Source: Anaerohalosphaeraceae bacterium
Lineage (GTDB): Bacteria; Planctomycetota; Phycisphaerae; Sedimentisphaerales; Anaerohalosphaeraceae
Direction: 5' to 3'
Length of the DNA stretch: 64,000 bases
Assembly: GCA_963675525.2 (NCBI GenBank)
Contig: CAXXSL010000019.1
Location: forward strand, 64,001-128,000
Program-made: the position numbers and the translations under genes
Shown here: piece by piece, positions 9,043 through 20,163 of the stretch
How positions within the stretch are numbered: the stretch's first letter is position 1
How the letters are laid out: each line of letters begins with the position of its first letter
The notes under the pieces: model-generated
Databases searched by the model: none
What the model was told of the DNA's origin: nothing
Seen by the model: only the letters and a program-made list of their open reading frames with translations

Positions 9043-10604
9043 GTGAAGAAGACTATTGTATTAAGACTTTTTTATGTTGTCGCGATATTGGCCTGTCTGT
9101 TCATTGGCCAGGTACAAGCCGCGGAAAATACTCAATCTGTTGTGACGATTCAGGAACCCAGGCCCGCTATGATTCCCCCTCTTCCGCCAAGCTTACCTTC
9201 TGGAATTCCCGCATTTCCCGGAGCCTGGGGCGGCGGTATGTTTACCACGGGTGGACGCGGCGGCAAAGTCATCGCCGTGACAAATCTGGAAGACAGCGGC
9301 CCGGGAAGTTTGCGTGCTGCAATCGACACCGAAGGCCCCCGTATAGTCGTGTTTCGCGTCGGCGGAATCATCAAGCTTAACTCCAACCTGTCCATTAATA
9401 ATCCCGACATTACGATTGCGGGACAATCCGCACCGGGTGACGGTATTTGCATCGCAGGCGCTTCACTGGATATTAACACTTACAATGTGATTGTGCGGCA
9501 CTTGCGTGTTCGTCGAGGGGTCTTACCTCTGGAGGCCAGGGATCGGATAATATTGGTGGACACCCGCTACATTATGTAATCGTTGACCATTGCACGACCA
9601 GTTGGGGACGCGACGAAAACCTATCGCTCTACCGTGCGATGATAGAACTCCCCGATCCTAAAAATCCGGGCCAGATGGTGCGCGTCAAGACATCCACACG
9701 AAACCTGACCATCCAGTATTGCATTTCGAGTGAAGGGATGAAACCGGGCCATGAATTCGGCGGCACCTGGGGGGGGCAAGATTCGACGTTCCACCACAAC
9801 CTGTTTGCCTGCAACACCGGGCGCAATCCTTCCATTGGCATGAGCGGCGAGTTTGACTATCGCAACAACGTCATCTTTAACTGGAAACACAGGACCATGG
9901 ATGGCGGCGACGAGACGTCGATTATCAATGTCATTAATAACTACTACAAGCCGGGACCGGCAACCAATGACAACATGTTGAGTACGATTGCCAGAATCGA
10001 ACAGCGTAATCAGGTATCGCCCCCGGGCCGATTCGAAGGCAACTGGTATCCCAAGGCCGATAAACGGCCGGGTAAGTGGTATGTAGCCGGCAATATCGTA
10101 GAAGGATATCCGGAAGTGACGGCTGACAACTGGAAGGGCATGGTACTGCGAGAAGGTCCAGGTACGATTGATATGGCCCGTGTCAACAGTCCTTTTGAAG
10201 GTTGGCCGGTCAACCAGCAAACGGCCCTGCAGGCCTTTAATGAGGTTCTGACGAAGTCCGGCGCTACGCTTCCCCGTCGTGACTCCGTGGATAAGCGCGT
10301 GGTTGAGATGGTGCGAACCGGCAAGGTCACCTATGAAAAGGGTATCATTAGCGATGCCGAACAGGTTGGCGGATATCCGGAGTATACGTTCTCGGCCGAG
10401 GATGTTCCGGCTGATACGGACTTGGACGGCATGCCGGACGATTGGGAAAAAGCCCACGGCTTGAATGCCGCGTCAGCCGCCGACAGCAGTCTGGATGCCG
10501 ACCAGGACGGCTACACCAATGTCGAAGAATACCTCAATGGGACCAATCCAAGCGAAAAGGTGGACTACAACAATTTTGACAATAATGTGGATACCATCAG
10601 CTAA
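9043..10604 (+). CDS. Pectate lyase, PL1 (PL1_2-like), secreted; split by an indel near 9530-9640
   Basis: PAFPGAWGGG..GGRGGKV..VTNL.DSGPGSLR, TIAGQSAPGDGI; second ORF HHNLFACNTGRNP and DxDxDGMPDxWE..DGYTNVEEYLN. Confidence 0.9.
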
Positions 10605-10636
10605 CGACTTTCTTCTGACGCTGGTTAAATCTATCA

Positions 10637-10661
10637 GGAAGGATGCACGGAGCATCCTTCC
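10637..10661 (+). terminator. Stem-loop after the first PL1 gene
   Basis: GGAAGGATGC-acgga-GCATCCTTCC 10-bp stem, weak U tail. Confidence 0.55.
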
Positions 10662-10720
10662 CGTGTTTATCTGCCATTTAGTATGTAGATGTACATAGAC
10701 ATGATAAACAGGAGAATGAC

Positions 10721-11768
10721 ATGAAGGGAATGGCCTTAATAGGCTTTCTAACGATAGCGTCAATTTGTTGCGGCAGTACGCTAGTGGAGAGTGCCGATAT
10801 TGTTGTGGCACAGGATGGCAGCGGAGATTTTGAAAAGGTGCAGGACGCCATCAATGCTGTTCCCAAAAACCGATCTACCCGCACGACCATCTTGATCAAG
10901 CCAGGTACGTATAAAGAAAAGCTAAAAGTGCCCTCAGATAGAACGAATCTGACGCTCATCGGCGAATCATACGAAAAAACGATCCTCACCTACGATGATC
11001 ATGCCAAAAAGACCAAGGATTATGCGAGCACACGCATTTATGCGGATGATTTCTGTGCGGTAAATGTGACGTTTCAAAATACGATAGATAGTAGAAAAGT
11101 GGGCAGTCAAGCAGCGGCCTTACGTGTGGATGGTGACAGGGCGGTGTTTTACAAGTGCAAAATCATGGGATTTCAGGACACTTACTACACCGGCGGCAAC
11201 AAGCGGTCCTACCACAAGGATTGCATCGTTGAAGGCACTACCGATTTTATCTATGGAAACGGGATTGCTCTGTTTGAGGATTGCACCATCGTTAACCGCA
11301 AAGATTCTCATGTCACCCGCCCACAGCCAGAAGCTCAAAGATGGCAAGCCCGTTAACAAGTTTGGCTATGTATTCAAAAACTGCGACATCCAGGCGCATC
11401 CTGACGAAGAGGTTTCCAAGGCTTCTCTGGGCAGGCCATGGGGTAATGCTGCACGCGTCGTCTTTTTGAAAATTGCAATTTAGGATCGCATATTAAACCA
11501 CAGGCATTTGCTCCCTGGTCTACCAATCCACACACATAAATATTTCAAGAATATTGATACCGCTTATTATGCGCTATACAATTGCACTGGGGCAGGTTAT
11601 AGGCCAGACAGTTATAGGCTTCAACTAGTTTGCTTTCAACTATTAGACGATTCACTCGCCGCAGAATATACCAAGGAAAATATATTCAAATCCGATACCA
11701 CCACCGCCACAAATTTAGAGGGCGACTGGAACCCCGTAATTGATGAAGATACCTATGCAAACAACTAA
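10721..11768 (+). CDS. Pectin methylesterase (CE8), secreted; split by two indels
   Basis: VAQDGSGDF..QAAALRVDGDR..GFQDTYY..VEGTTDFIYG in ORF 10721-11356; SLGRPWG in ORF 11124-11483; tail in 11508-11768. Confidence 0.88.
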
Positions 11769-11826
11769 TCTGACCATAAATCATTGGCATTAAGCAATTA
11801 AAATTTTTTTAGAGGACACTACAAAA

Positions 11827-13323
11827 ATGAGTAAAACATTATTAAAAACACGACAGATTAAAAGGCACGCTTCAAACACACGCTCCTTTTATCGATCAAT
11901 ATTTCTCCGGCGATGCCCTCTTTTGGTCTTCGCCGGCATGCTTGCTCTGAGCGTAGCTGCGTGTGCAGCAGGTACTCCAACAATCCCCGCCTTCCCGGGT
12001 GCCGAAGGCTATGGCGCCATGACAGTAGGCGGGCGCGGCGGTAAGGTTATCGAAGTTACGAATCTTAATGCTTCCGGCGAAGGTAGTCTGCGGGCTGCGA
12101 TTGAGGCAAAAGGGCCAAGAACCGTTGTGTTCAAGGTATCGGGGACAATCGATGTGGATTTGAAGATTTCTAATGATTTCATTACCATCGCCGGTCAAAC
12201 AGCACCGGGGGACGGGATTTGTATCAAAGGCAGTCTTGGAATAAATGCCAATGATGTGATCATCCGGTATATACGCGTCAGAGCAGAAGGCCGTGGTGAT
12301 GCCGTATCCGGCCGATATAATAAGAATATCATCCTTGACCACGTGTCAGCCTGTTGGAGCAGTGACGAGGTGATGTCTATTTACCATGGTGAAAACATCA
12401 CGATTCAATGGTGCATGATTACTGAAGCCTGCTCAGGTGGTCATAAGTTTGGCGGTATTTGGGGAAATAACTACAGCACGTACCACCACAACCTGTTTGC
12501 CCATAACACCGACCGTAATCCTCGTATTGCATCAGGTGCCGGATACAATGATATCAGAAACAACGTGATCTACAATTGGAAGAATGAAAGTACCTATGGC
12601 GGTGAAGTCCACCAATCGGATGATCGTCGTAAACCACCATTAGCACTTTGCAGTACCAATCTCGTGGCCAACTATTACAAGGCTGGACCAGGAACACCTG
12701 CCGAGAACAGAACAAAGATTTGTGCCCCCTGGTCGCGCAATGGTGAGGCCGATTATGGTGATTGGTATATTGCTGAGAATGTCTTGTTTGGCAATCCTGA
12801 AGTCACTGCTGATAATTGGAAAGGCGTAAGACCTTCCTTAACAAAGATGCGTGACCAAGAACCTAATCCCAATGACCAAGCCGCGATTCCAGGCATTAAG
12901 CTTGATAAGCCGTCTAAATTTATGCCTATTAATCAGCAAACTGCAGAAGAAGCTTATCAGTCTGTTCTTGAACATTCAGGCTGTTCCTTGCCCAGGCGTG
13001 ATGTGATCGATGTGCGTATTATTGAAGAAGTCCGTGCCGGCACGGCAGGCAAAGGCGACAACGGTTTTGTTAATAACCAGGAAGTTGCCGGCGGTTGGCC
13101 GGAGTTGAAAGGTGGAACGGCACCCACCGACACAGATAAAGACGGCATGCCGGACACCTGGGAGACAAAGAATGGCCTCAATGCCAATGATGCCTCCGAC
13201 GGAGCCAAGGATCGTGATAGTGACGGCTACACCAATATCGAAGAGTATCTCAACGGCACGAACCCGACAGAGTTTGTGGACTACAGTAAGCCTGAGAACA
13301 ACGTCAATACATTGGGTCAATGA
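11827..13323 (+). CDS. Pectate lyase, PL1 (PL1_2-like), secreted
   Basis: PAFPGAEGYG..GGRGG, TIAGQTAPGDGI, DHVSACWSSDE, HHNLFAHNTDRNPR, C-terminal DGMPD..YTNIEEYLN. Confidence 0.93.
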   Translation: MSKTLLKTRQIKRHASNTRSFYRSIFLRRCPLLVFAGMLALSVAACAAGTPTIPAFPGAEGYGAMTVGGRGGKVIEVTNLNASGEGSLRAAIEAKGPRTVVFKVSGTIDVDLKISNDFITIAGQTAPGDGICIKGSLGINANDVIIRYIRVRAEGRGDAVSGRYNKNIILDHVSACWSSDEVMSIYHGENITIQWCMITEACSGGHKFGGIWGNNYSTYHHNLFAHNTDRNPRIASGAGYNDIRNNVIYNWKNESTYGGEVHQSDDRRKPPLALCSTNLVANYYKAGPGTPAENRTKICAPWSRNGEADYGDWYIAENVLFGNPEVTADNWKGVRPSLTKMRDQEPNPNDQAAIPGIKLDKPSKFMPINQQTAEEAYQSVLEHSGCSLPRRDVIDVRIIEEVRAGTAGKGDNGFVNNQEVAGGWPELKGGTAPTDTDKDGMPDTWETKNGLNANDASDGAKDRDSDGYTNIEEYLNGTNPTEFVDYSKPENNVNTLGQ

Positions 13324-13442
13324 TGTCAATCGCCTTGTGACTGATCCTCTGTACGGTGCGGGCAATTGTTTGACTCGTTAATCAAAGGAAGTTGAATATG
13401 AATCAAAAATTAAATTCAGACATGACAGAAAAGGATACTACT

Positions 13443-15653
13443 ATGAGCCGTAATTTAGCAGCCATTATTTTTATATTGATTGCCGGCGTCACCGTTCCAT
13501 TGGAAGCAAATCCCTTGCGCGTAGACATTAACTCCGAAGGCCGCAGCGATATGCGTACCGTGGGGTGGGAAAATTGGCAACCTAAAGGAAACGTCTTAAG
13601 TCAATCCTTTGGCGATGTGACTGTTACCTTGCGTGCGGGCGGAGATGATGGCTCCATTCTCATCAAAGGCAACAAATCCCTCCTCGTTCATGGCGTCACA
13701 GTGGGTGCCGAGGGTGCGATCGCCACGGGCGTAAATCCCGTTGTGATGGAAGTCCAACTTGACGGACTGGTTCCCGGACCGCACAGATTTGTGGGCTATC
13801 ACCACGCCGTCCAGGGTGGCGCCGGAACCTATTCCGTTTCAGTGGGCGATCACAAGGTCAACGGAATAGAAGCCTCCCAAGAGCCTCGCCACAATGATGA
13901 GGTGGGCACCTCTTTCATCGAATTCGAAGCCAAGGCCGGTGAGCCCGTGGTGGTTCATATCACAGCCACTCAAGGCGATAGCGTGGTACTCAATGGCTTC
14001 GCGCTCGATATTACGGATCCGAGCAAGAAGGCACTTAAGCCCATGCCTGCAGACTATGAACGTCATGCCGATGGCGACGACGGCAAGGTGACACTGAGCT
14101 GGGCACCGGCTAAATCAGCGGTCAGTCATCACGTATACATGGCTTACGATCGTGACGCCGAAGCTGTCGTGAGCAAACTGGCTGCTACGAAAAAACTGGC
14201 CTCAGTAACCGATTGTTCTTACGCTGCCACGATTGTGCCGAAGAAATCATTGCTGCACTACGCCTGGCGTGTGGATTCGGTAGATGCCCTAGGTAATGTC
14301 ACACGCGGTGATGTTTGGCGTTTCCGTGTTCGTCATCTGGCCTTTCCCACAGCCGAGGGATACGGGCGTTTCGCTATTGGTGGTCGTGGCGGACGCGTAA
14401 TACACGTGACCAACCTCAACGATTCCGGCCCGGGTTCCTTACGTGAGGCGGTTGAAGCCGCCGGACCGCGTACCGTGGTTTTTGATGTCTCCGGACTGAT
14501 CAGCCTCAAGTCCAAGCTGGTCTTTAAAAAAGAAAATGAATACCTCACCGTTGCCGGACAAACCGCTCCGGGAAAGGGCATCTGTATTCGTAACTATACT
14601 TTCGGCGGTATTGGAAGTTGCGACACAATTCTTCGCTTTGTCCGTCTTCGTCTGGGCAGCCTAACCGGTGAGACCATGGACGGTATGGGCTTTGCTAGCG
14701 GTGATCATTGTATTATTGATCACTGCTCGATTTCCTGGACCATTGACGAGGCGTTCAGTTCACGCGGTGCCAAGAACATTACCTTCCAACGCAACCTGAT
14801 CTCCGAGGCCCTCAATGTCGCCGGTCATTCGCACTACGGCAGCAACAGTGCTCACGGTTTTGCGGGCTCGATCAGTGGCGATGTCGGCAGTTTTCACCAC
14901 AGTCTGTTGGCCCATAACGCCGGGCGAAACTGGTCATTAGCAGGTGCAATCGACCAAGCCAATCGCCACGCTGGACGGCTCGATATCCGCAACATGGTGG
15001 TCTATAACTGGAAACATCGTACAACAGACGGCGGCGCCAGAGAGGTTCAGTTCGTCAACAATTACTACAAGCCCGGCCCGGCGTCGCAAGTCAAGACTTA
15101 CCTCAATCCCCAATTCGAAAATCCTGCTTTTGGTCCGCAGCAGTACTATGTCAAGGGCAACATCATGGAAGGTGTGGCCGGGCCGGAAGGTCCGATCGGT
15201 CCCTTCAAGGGCATGAACATCCGTGGGCGTCAGGACGCGCCTGTGACGGTGCCGGAGCCATTCTTCGAGCACTATGTCAAGACCCACACGGCCAAAGAGG
15301 CCTATGAAAACGTGCTGGCAGACGTGGGATGCAATGTGCCCATGCTCGACGACCACGACAAACGCGTAATTCAGGAGGTGCGCACCGGTACCACGACCTA
15401 CAAAGGAAGCAAAACCGGGCTGCCCGGCATCCCCGATACCCAGGAGGATGTGGGCGGCTGGGAAGACTACCCCGAAATTCACCGTCCCGCCGACTGGGAC
15501 ACAGATGGTGACGGCATGCCCAATCAATGGGAAGCCAAAAAGGGATTGAATGCCGACAATCCCGCCGACGGCGCCGACGACCCGGATGGTGACGGTTATA
15601 CCAATCTGGAAGACTATCTGAATTGGCTGTCCGCCGGCAACACGCTGAATTGA
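13443..15653 (+). CDS. Pectate lyase, PL1_2-like, with about 290 aa of N-terminal extra domains (beta-sandwich/Fn3-like)
   Basis: AFPTAEGYG..GGRGG, DHCSISWTIDE, HHSLLAHNAGRNWSLAG; signal peptide from MSRNLAAIIF. Confidence 0.9.
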   Translation: MSRNLAAIIFILIAGVTVPLEANPLRVDINSEGRSDMRTVGWENWQPKGNVLSQSFGDVTVTLRAGGDDGSILIKGNKSLLVHGVTVGAEGAIATGVNPVVMEVQLDGLVPGPHRFVGYHHAVQGGAGTYSVSVGDHKVNGIEASQEPRHNDEVGTSFIEFEAKAGEPVVVHITATQGDSVVLNGFALDITDPSKKALKPMPADYERHADGDDGKVTLSWAPAKSAVSHHVYMAYDRDAEAVVSKLAATKKLASVTDCSYAATIVPKKSLLHYAWRVDSVDALGNVTRGDVWRFRVRHLAFPTAEGYGRFAIGGRGGRVIHVTNLNDSGPGSLREAVEAAGPRTVVFDVSGLISLKSKLVFKKENEYLTVAGQTAPGKGICIRNYTFGGIGSCDTILRFVRLRLGSLTGETMDGMGFASGDHCIIDHCSISWTIDEAFSSRGAKNITFQRNLISEALNVAGHSHYGSNSAHGFAGSISGDVGSFHHSLLAHNAGRNWSLAGAIDQANRHAGRLDIRNMVVYNWKHRTTDGGAREVQFVNNYYKPGPASQVKTYLNPQFENPAFGPQQYYVKGNIMEGVAGPEGPIGPFKGMNIRGRQDAPVTVPEPFFEHYVKTHTAKEAYENVLADVGCNVPMLDDHDKRVIQEVRTGTTTYKGSKTGLPGIPDTQEDVGGWEDYPEIHRPADWDTDGDGMPNQWEAKKGLNADNPADGADDPDGDGYTNLEDYLNWLSAGNTLN

Positions 15654-15685
15654 TACCGCTGATCTAAAGGGCAAATAACAGGAAT

Positions 15686-16577
15686 ATGCTTACGATGAAG
15701 TACAATATAACATTTATCGGCCACATGTGTTATGACGAGATCGTTCCATTTCAAGGCCAAACAACGGTGTCTCCGGGCAGTGCTGTTTTGTGTGGGGCGA
15801 TGGTTGCCGGCCGGATTGGTCAAAACGTTGCCGTCATAACAAAGATGTCGCCTGAAGACAGCTCAATTCTAAAACCGATGGAAGAAGTTGGTATCGATAC
15901 AGTTCCTTCTGCCTTCGAAGGAAACGACGTATATGCGAGTCGAGCATCCAAGCGAAGATGTCGATATACGTAAAATGTACCAATTCAAAAATGCCGGTTT
16001 TATTACGTTTGATGAATTACCTGAGTTTGAATCAAAATTTGTTCATCTTGCCGGGATCACCGATCAGGAATTTACTTTAGAACTTATCGATGAATTAAAT
16101 AACAAAGGTTTGAATCTTTCTGCGGACATGCAGAGCTTTGTTCGTCAGGTTGACGATGATACCAGACAGATATATTTCAAAGATGTGCCGAATAAAAAAG
16201 AGCTGGTTTCCAGGCTTGATCGCGTCAAACTTGATAAAGTAGAGGCCAAACTTCTTACCGGATATGACGATGTAGAAAAAGCGGCAATTAAGATTGCCAG
16301 TTGGGGTGCTAATGAGATTGTTATCACTCAGGCAGAAGGTGTGCTTGCAAGGGTTAAAGGCCAAACGTTCTACGAAAAGTTCAGCAACAAAAGCATTGTC
16401 GGCCGGACCGGAAGGGGAGATACGACCTTTGCGGCTTATCTGTCCCGGCGTCTTAATCATGATGTTGCTGAGTCCCTGAAGTTCAGTGCCGCGTTGGTCT
16501 CAATCAAAATGGAATCACCGGGGCCCTTTAAAGCGACTTTGGAAGATGTATTGGAAAGGATGAGAAGATATCATTGA
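15686..16577 (+). CDS. PfkB-family carbohydrate kinase; split by one indel near 15900
   Basis: N-terminal ITFIGHMCYDEI..PGSAV; C-terminal GRTGRGDTTFAAY anion-hole variant. Confidence 0.85.
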
Positions 16578-16591
16578 AGACGTACAGCCAT

Positions 16592-18788
16592 CTATTTGCC
16601 GATGTTCAGCAAGGCCATCAGAAAAAAGCACGACCAGGACGGCAACCGCCGCCGAGATAACAAAACCGACCCAATCCGTTTTGTTCCATTTGTCAAATTC
16701 CCAGTCCGATTGCGGCAGTAGTTTGCAATCATCAAAGCGGTCTCGTATTTGCATAAGACAGTTCCATTTGCCGGGCATCCTCTTGCGGGTCGGTATGAAC
16801 TTGGGTCTTCATTTTGACATAAAAACGGTCCAGCATGGTTTTATCATCCCGCCGGGTCAAAAACGAAACCCCGATCAGCACGGCAAAGGGTGTCAACGTT
16901 CGAATGAGAATCCGGATCGTTTCATTCAGTGCATAGGGATTTTTCTGTAAATCAAATCCCATTTTATCCAGCAGGACCAGTTCCAGACTTAACATCCCGC
17001 TGCCGTAACGGTTGCCTTCCGCATCGGCCTTGATGCCTTTCGTCCAGAAAATCGATTGACTGCCAAGGACATAGGTTTTTTCATAGGTCTGTCCCGCCTT
17101 GAAGCGGTTGCCGGGCATGGTTGAGTCGTCTGAAGCCCTTGGGGATTGGCGGTTTTCCATTGTTCGATTTCCTGCTGCCGCTGCTGCACCTCCATTTGAC
17201 CGGCCGTGTAACGACGTACGACTTGCCGTAATTGGGTTTGTTTTAAAAGTGAATCTGATGATTTCAGTGAGGGCATGATTGCCGGAAGAAGCACCGGTAA
17301 AATGAAAAACACCACGCTGGTCAGGATAATCGAACACCAGGCCGCCGGCCGGGTTGCCCGACGCCATTTCATGCCCAGCCAGAATGCCGCGGCCACCATG
17401 ACATTCAGTTCCCACCAGAGTTTAAGCTGCTGAAGGATCGTATCAAACCGGGTGGCGATCAGGGCGCCACCGATAACGACGACGGCCCCGGCGACTCTGC
17501 CGACCAGGACATAATGTTTTTCCGAACGATCCGGGAACCAGAGACCGGTAAATATTATGGGTAATCAGACTGGAACCGGTAATCATCAAACAGTCCGCCG
17601 TGCTCATTAACGCCGCCATCAAACAGGCGATCATCAGGCCAACCAGCCCCATATTCAGAGAGCCCAATAAATCAAGCGTTGCATACCCCCAGACCAGGTC
17701 GGGATTGTGAACTTTATCATGATAAAGGACGACCGCCAGCAGGGCGAAAAAGCCCCATAACACCGTACAAAACCGTTTCATATAACTGCCGGTCACAAAT
17801 CCGAACCGGCACTCGTATTCGCCTTTGGCCGAACCGGTGGCGACGAGGGCAGTTGGGCTGGATAACGACGTTGACCGTCACCATCATCGTCAAGGCCGCG
17901 ATATAGTACCAGGTAAAATCCTGTGTGACGGGTGAGCCGAAAATCTCCATATAGGATTGGGGCAGTTGGGCATGCATCGTCTGCAGTGCATCCATGACAC
18001 CGGAACCGCCAAACTCTGCATTGATCTTACCGAATGCAAACGGAAACAGTATGAGTGTCAGGATGATGATAAAAATCCCCTGAAGGGTATCGGTTAGAAA
18101 AGCGGCCTCCAGACCGCCGGCCACCGCGTAGATCAAGACAATCCCGCAGACAATCCAGATGAGAACATCCGGATTCAAATGAAAAAACATTTTTCGGGGT
18201 TTTTGAAGGCGCAGTTGTTCTAACTGCTGTTTCTCCTGCCGGAGTCAATGAATCATGATTGCGGGCCTCCAGTTGCTCCAAGGCAACTGCCCGGTCATAT
18301 TCCTGTTTTTCTTCAATCGTATATTGCTCGACACTTTTCGGTGTTAAGGCCACGACCGTCTTGGTCATCGCGGCGAATCCGACGGAGATAATTGTCATCA
18401 TACCGACCGAACCAATCACCGCATAAACCCCGGCCATGAGTTTGGAGCCGTAGCGCTGCTCAAAGAAGTCTCCGAGTGTGATCAGCCGCAGCCGCCGCAT
18501 CCAGGGCATCACCATCCAGTACAGCGGCGTGGCAAACAGGTATAACAACGAACTCCATACGCCTGCGATCCCGTTGCTGAATGTTGTCGTGGTCACCCCG
18601 ACGGCATTGTCGGCTGAGGTGCCCTGGCCAAATGCTGCAAACGTCTGGATGAATTTGCCGAACCGCCGGCCGGCCAGAAAATAGTCCTCCTGATTTTTGA
18701 TCCGGCGTGACGCCCAGATGCCGATGGCGATGACCATCCCAAAATACAATAAAATCACAGTGATATCAATCCATTGCAATCCAAACAT
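16592..18788 (-). CDS. SSS-family sodium:solute symporter with large soluble loops; several indels
   Basis: IKNQEDYFLAGRRFG, YAVAGGLEAAFLTDTLQG, GLVGLMIACLMAALMST, WRRATRPAAW spread over consecutive minus-strand ORFs; ends LLNIGK* at 16592. Confidence 0.85.
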
Positions 18789-18837
18789 TCAGCTTTCCTT
18801 GTTGAATAACCGGTTCTATGATCATAAAACACACGTT

Positions 18838-19973
18838 TTATTGACAGATATCATGAATCATTTCATAAGCATGCTGCTGGTCTTTGGGGCTCTGACAATA
18901 CGTTACGACAATCAGCTTCATACCGGGCGCCCAGAGTTTTTTCACCTGTTCGGCGACGACCGGAGAATCTCCGACAATCCGGGCATTGACGATGATCCCC
19001 GAGTTCGCAAAAATTTCCGGAAAGACTTCTGCCTTCATTCGGAGAGGGATCTGTTTGAGGGCCAAATGCCCCATCAACCATACGAAGGCCCGGGATTTGT
19101 TTGATCACGGGCGCCAAATGAGACCAGTTGCCGCAGGAATGAAAAACAGGGCCGTTAAAATCACCCGGCGGCCCTGACCAATGATGATTGTGCGAACCGG
19201 CGGTACTGGTCCGCAGAGAGCAGGATTGCATAATCATCGCTCATCCCAAGTCCTTCGAATACCCGCGACGATGCAAATCCATGCCCCGGCCATACCAGTG
19301 GCTTCTCCAATGCGGTTGACTTGTTCGTGCGTAAAATCTGTCAGAAGCTGTGTGATTCGGTCTAACAGTTCAACGACTTGATCCGGGCAATCATAGAAAC
19401 CCATCAAAAGAGCATTCATGTCAACCAGCATCGCCGCGATATTAAAAGGGGACTGAACATCGCATAATGATATGGGAATACGGCCCTGGGTTTCCTCCAG
19501 GAAGTAGTCAATCATATTGAGGGTGTGACTGCCCGATGGGCGTGTCTTTTACAGGGATCACGGGAGCATCAAGAGCCTTCTTTTATACTTTTGAACACGG
19601 GTGCAAAAGCCGGGGCCTGGCCGTCATGCCAGGTGTATATCAATCCCGAATGATGATGCGATGGTGCCAATGCCATACCACGGTTCCAGGAAATTGGGGA
19701 TATCGGCCTGGTATTCCATGCTTTTTTGCAGCGCACCAAGCTGCAGTGCCAGGGAGCGTTCCATGTTCCGGCAGCCGTAGGAAAAGACCTCCGCCGCCCG
19801 CATCCGGCGATAGACTAAAACACCGCTGTTGTCGTCCCAAAAAGCTTTGCACCGAGGCTGCCGGGCGGCCTCATAATCTGCGTAGGCATCGAGGTCAAAT
19901 ACGCATCCGGCTGAATCGGATAAATGTCGGTCGCCTGTGCATCCGCTTTGTTTTGGTCGAATAATTGTTTCAT
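18838..19973 (-). CDS. UroD/MtaA-like methyltransferase-fold protein; several indels
   Basis: Reconstructed across frames: NFLEPWYGIG..IPISLCDVQSPFNIA..GMSDD..PVFHSCGNW (HxC). Confidence 0.72.
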
Positions 19974-20101
19974 GACACGATATTTTAACCTATAGTCCGA
20001 ATAGAAGGGGAGTAAAAAAACTCATTTTCAGGCTACTCTGAATGGGCAGAGGTGGTTCACGGTTCACTCTACACAGTCTAAATGCGAACAGACAAGATTA
20101 A

Positions 20102-20149
20102 GGTTCAAGGGAACTCAACTTGATTATGGATGTTAAGTTCCCTTGAACC
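20102..20149. terminator. Long stem-loop just downstream of the CotH/LTD gene
   Basis: GGTTCAAGGGAACTcAAC ... GTTaAGTTCCCTTGAACC, 18-bp stem with one mismatch. Confidence 0.6.
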
Positions 20150-20163
20150 AATATTAAAGGACT

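Noticed and set aside
10410..10560. Asp-rich DxDxDG repeats recurring near 13130 and 15500
   Set aside because: Normal conserved C-terminal motif of this PL1 group, not a separate repeat element
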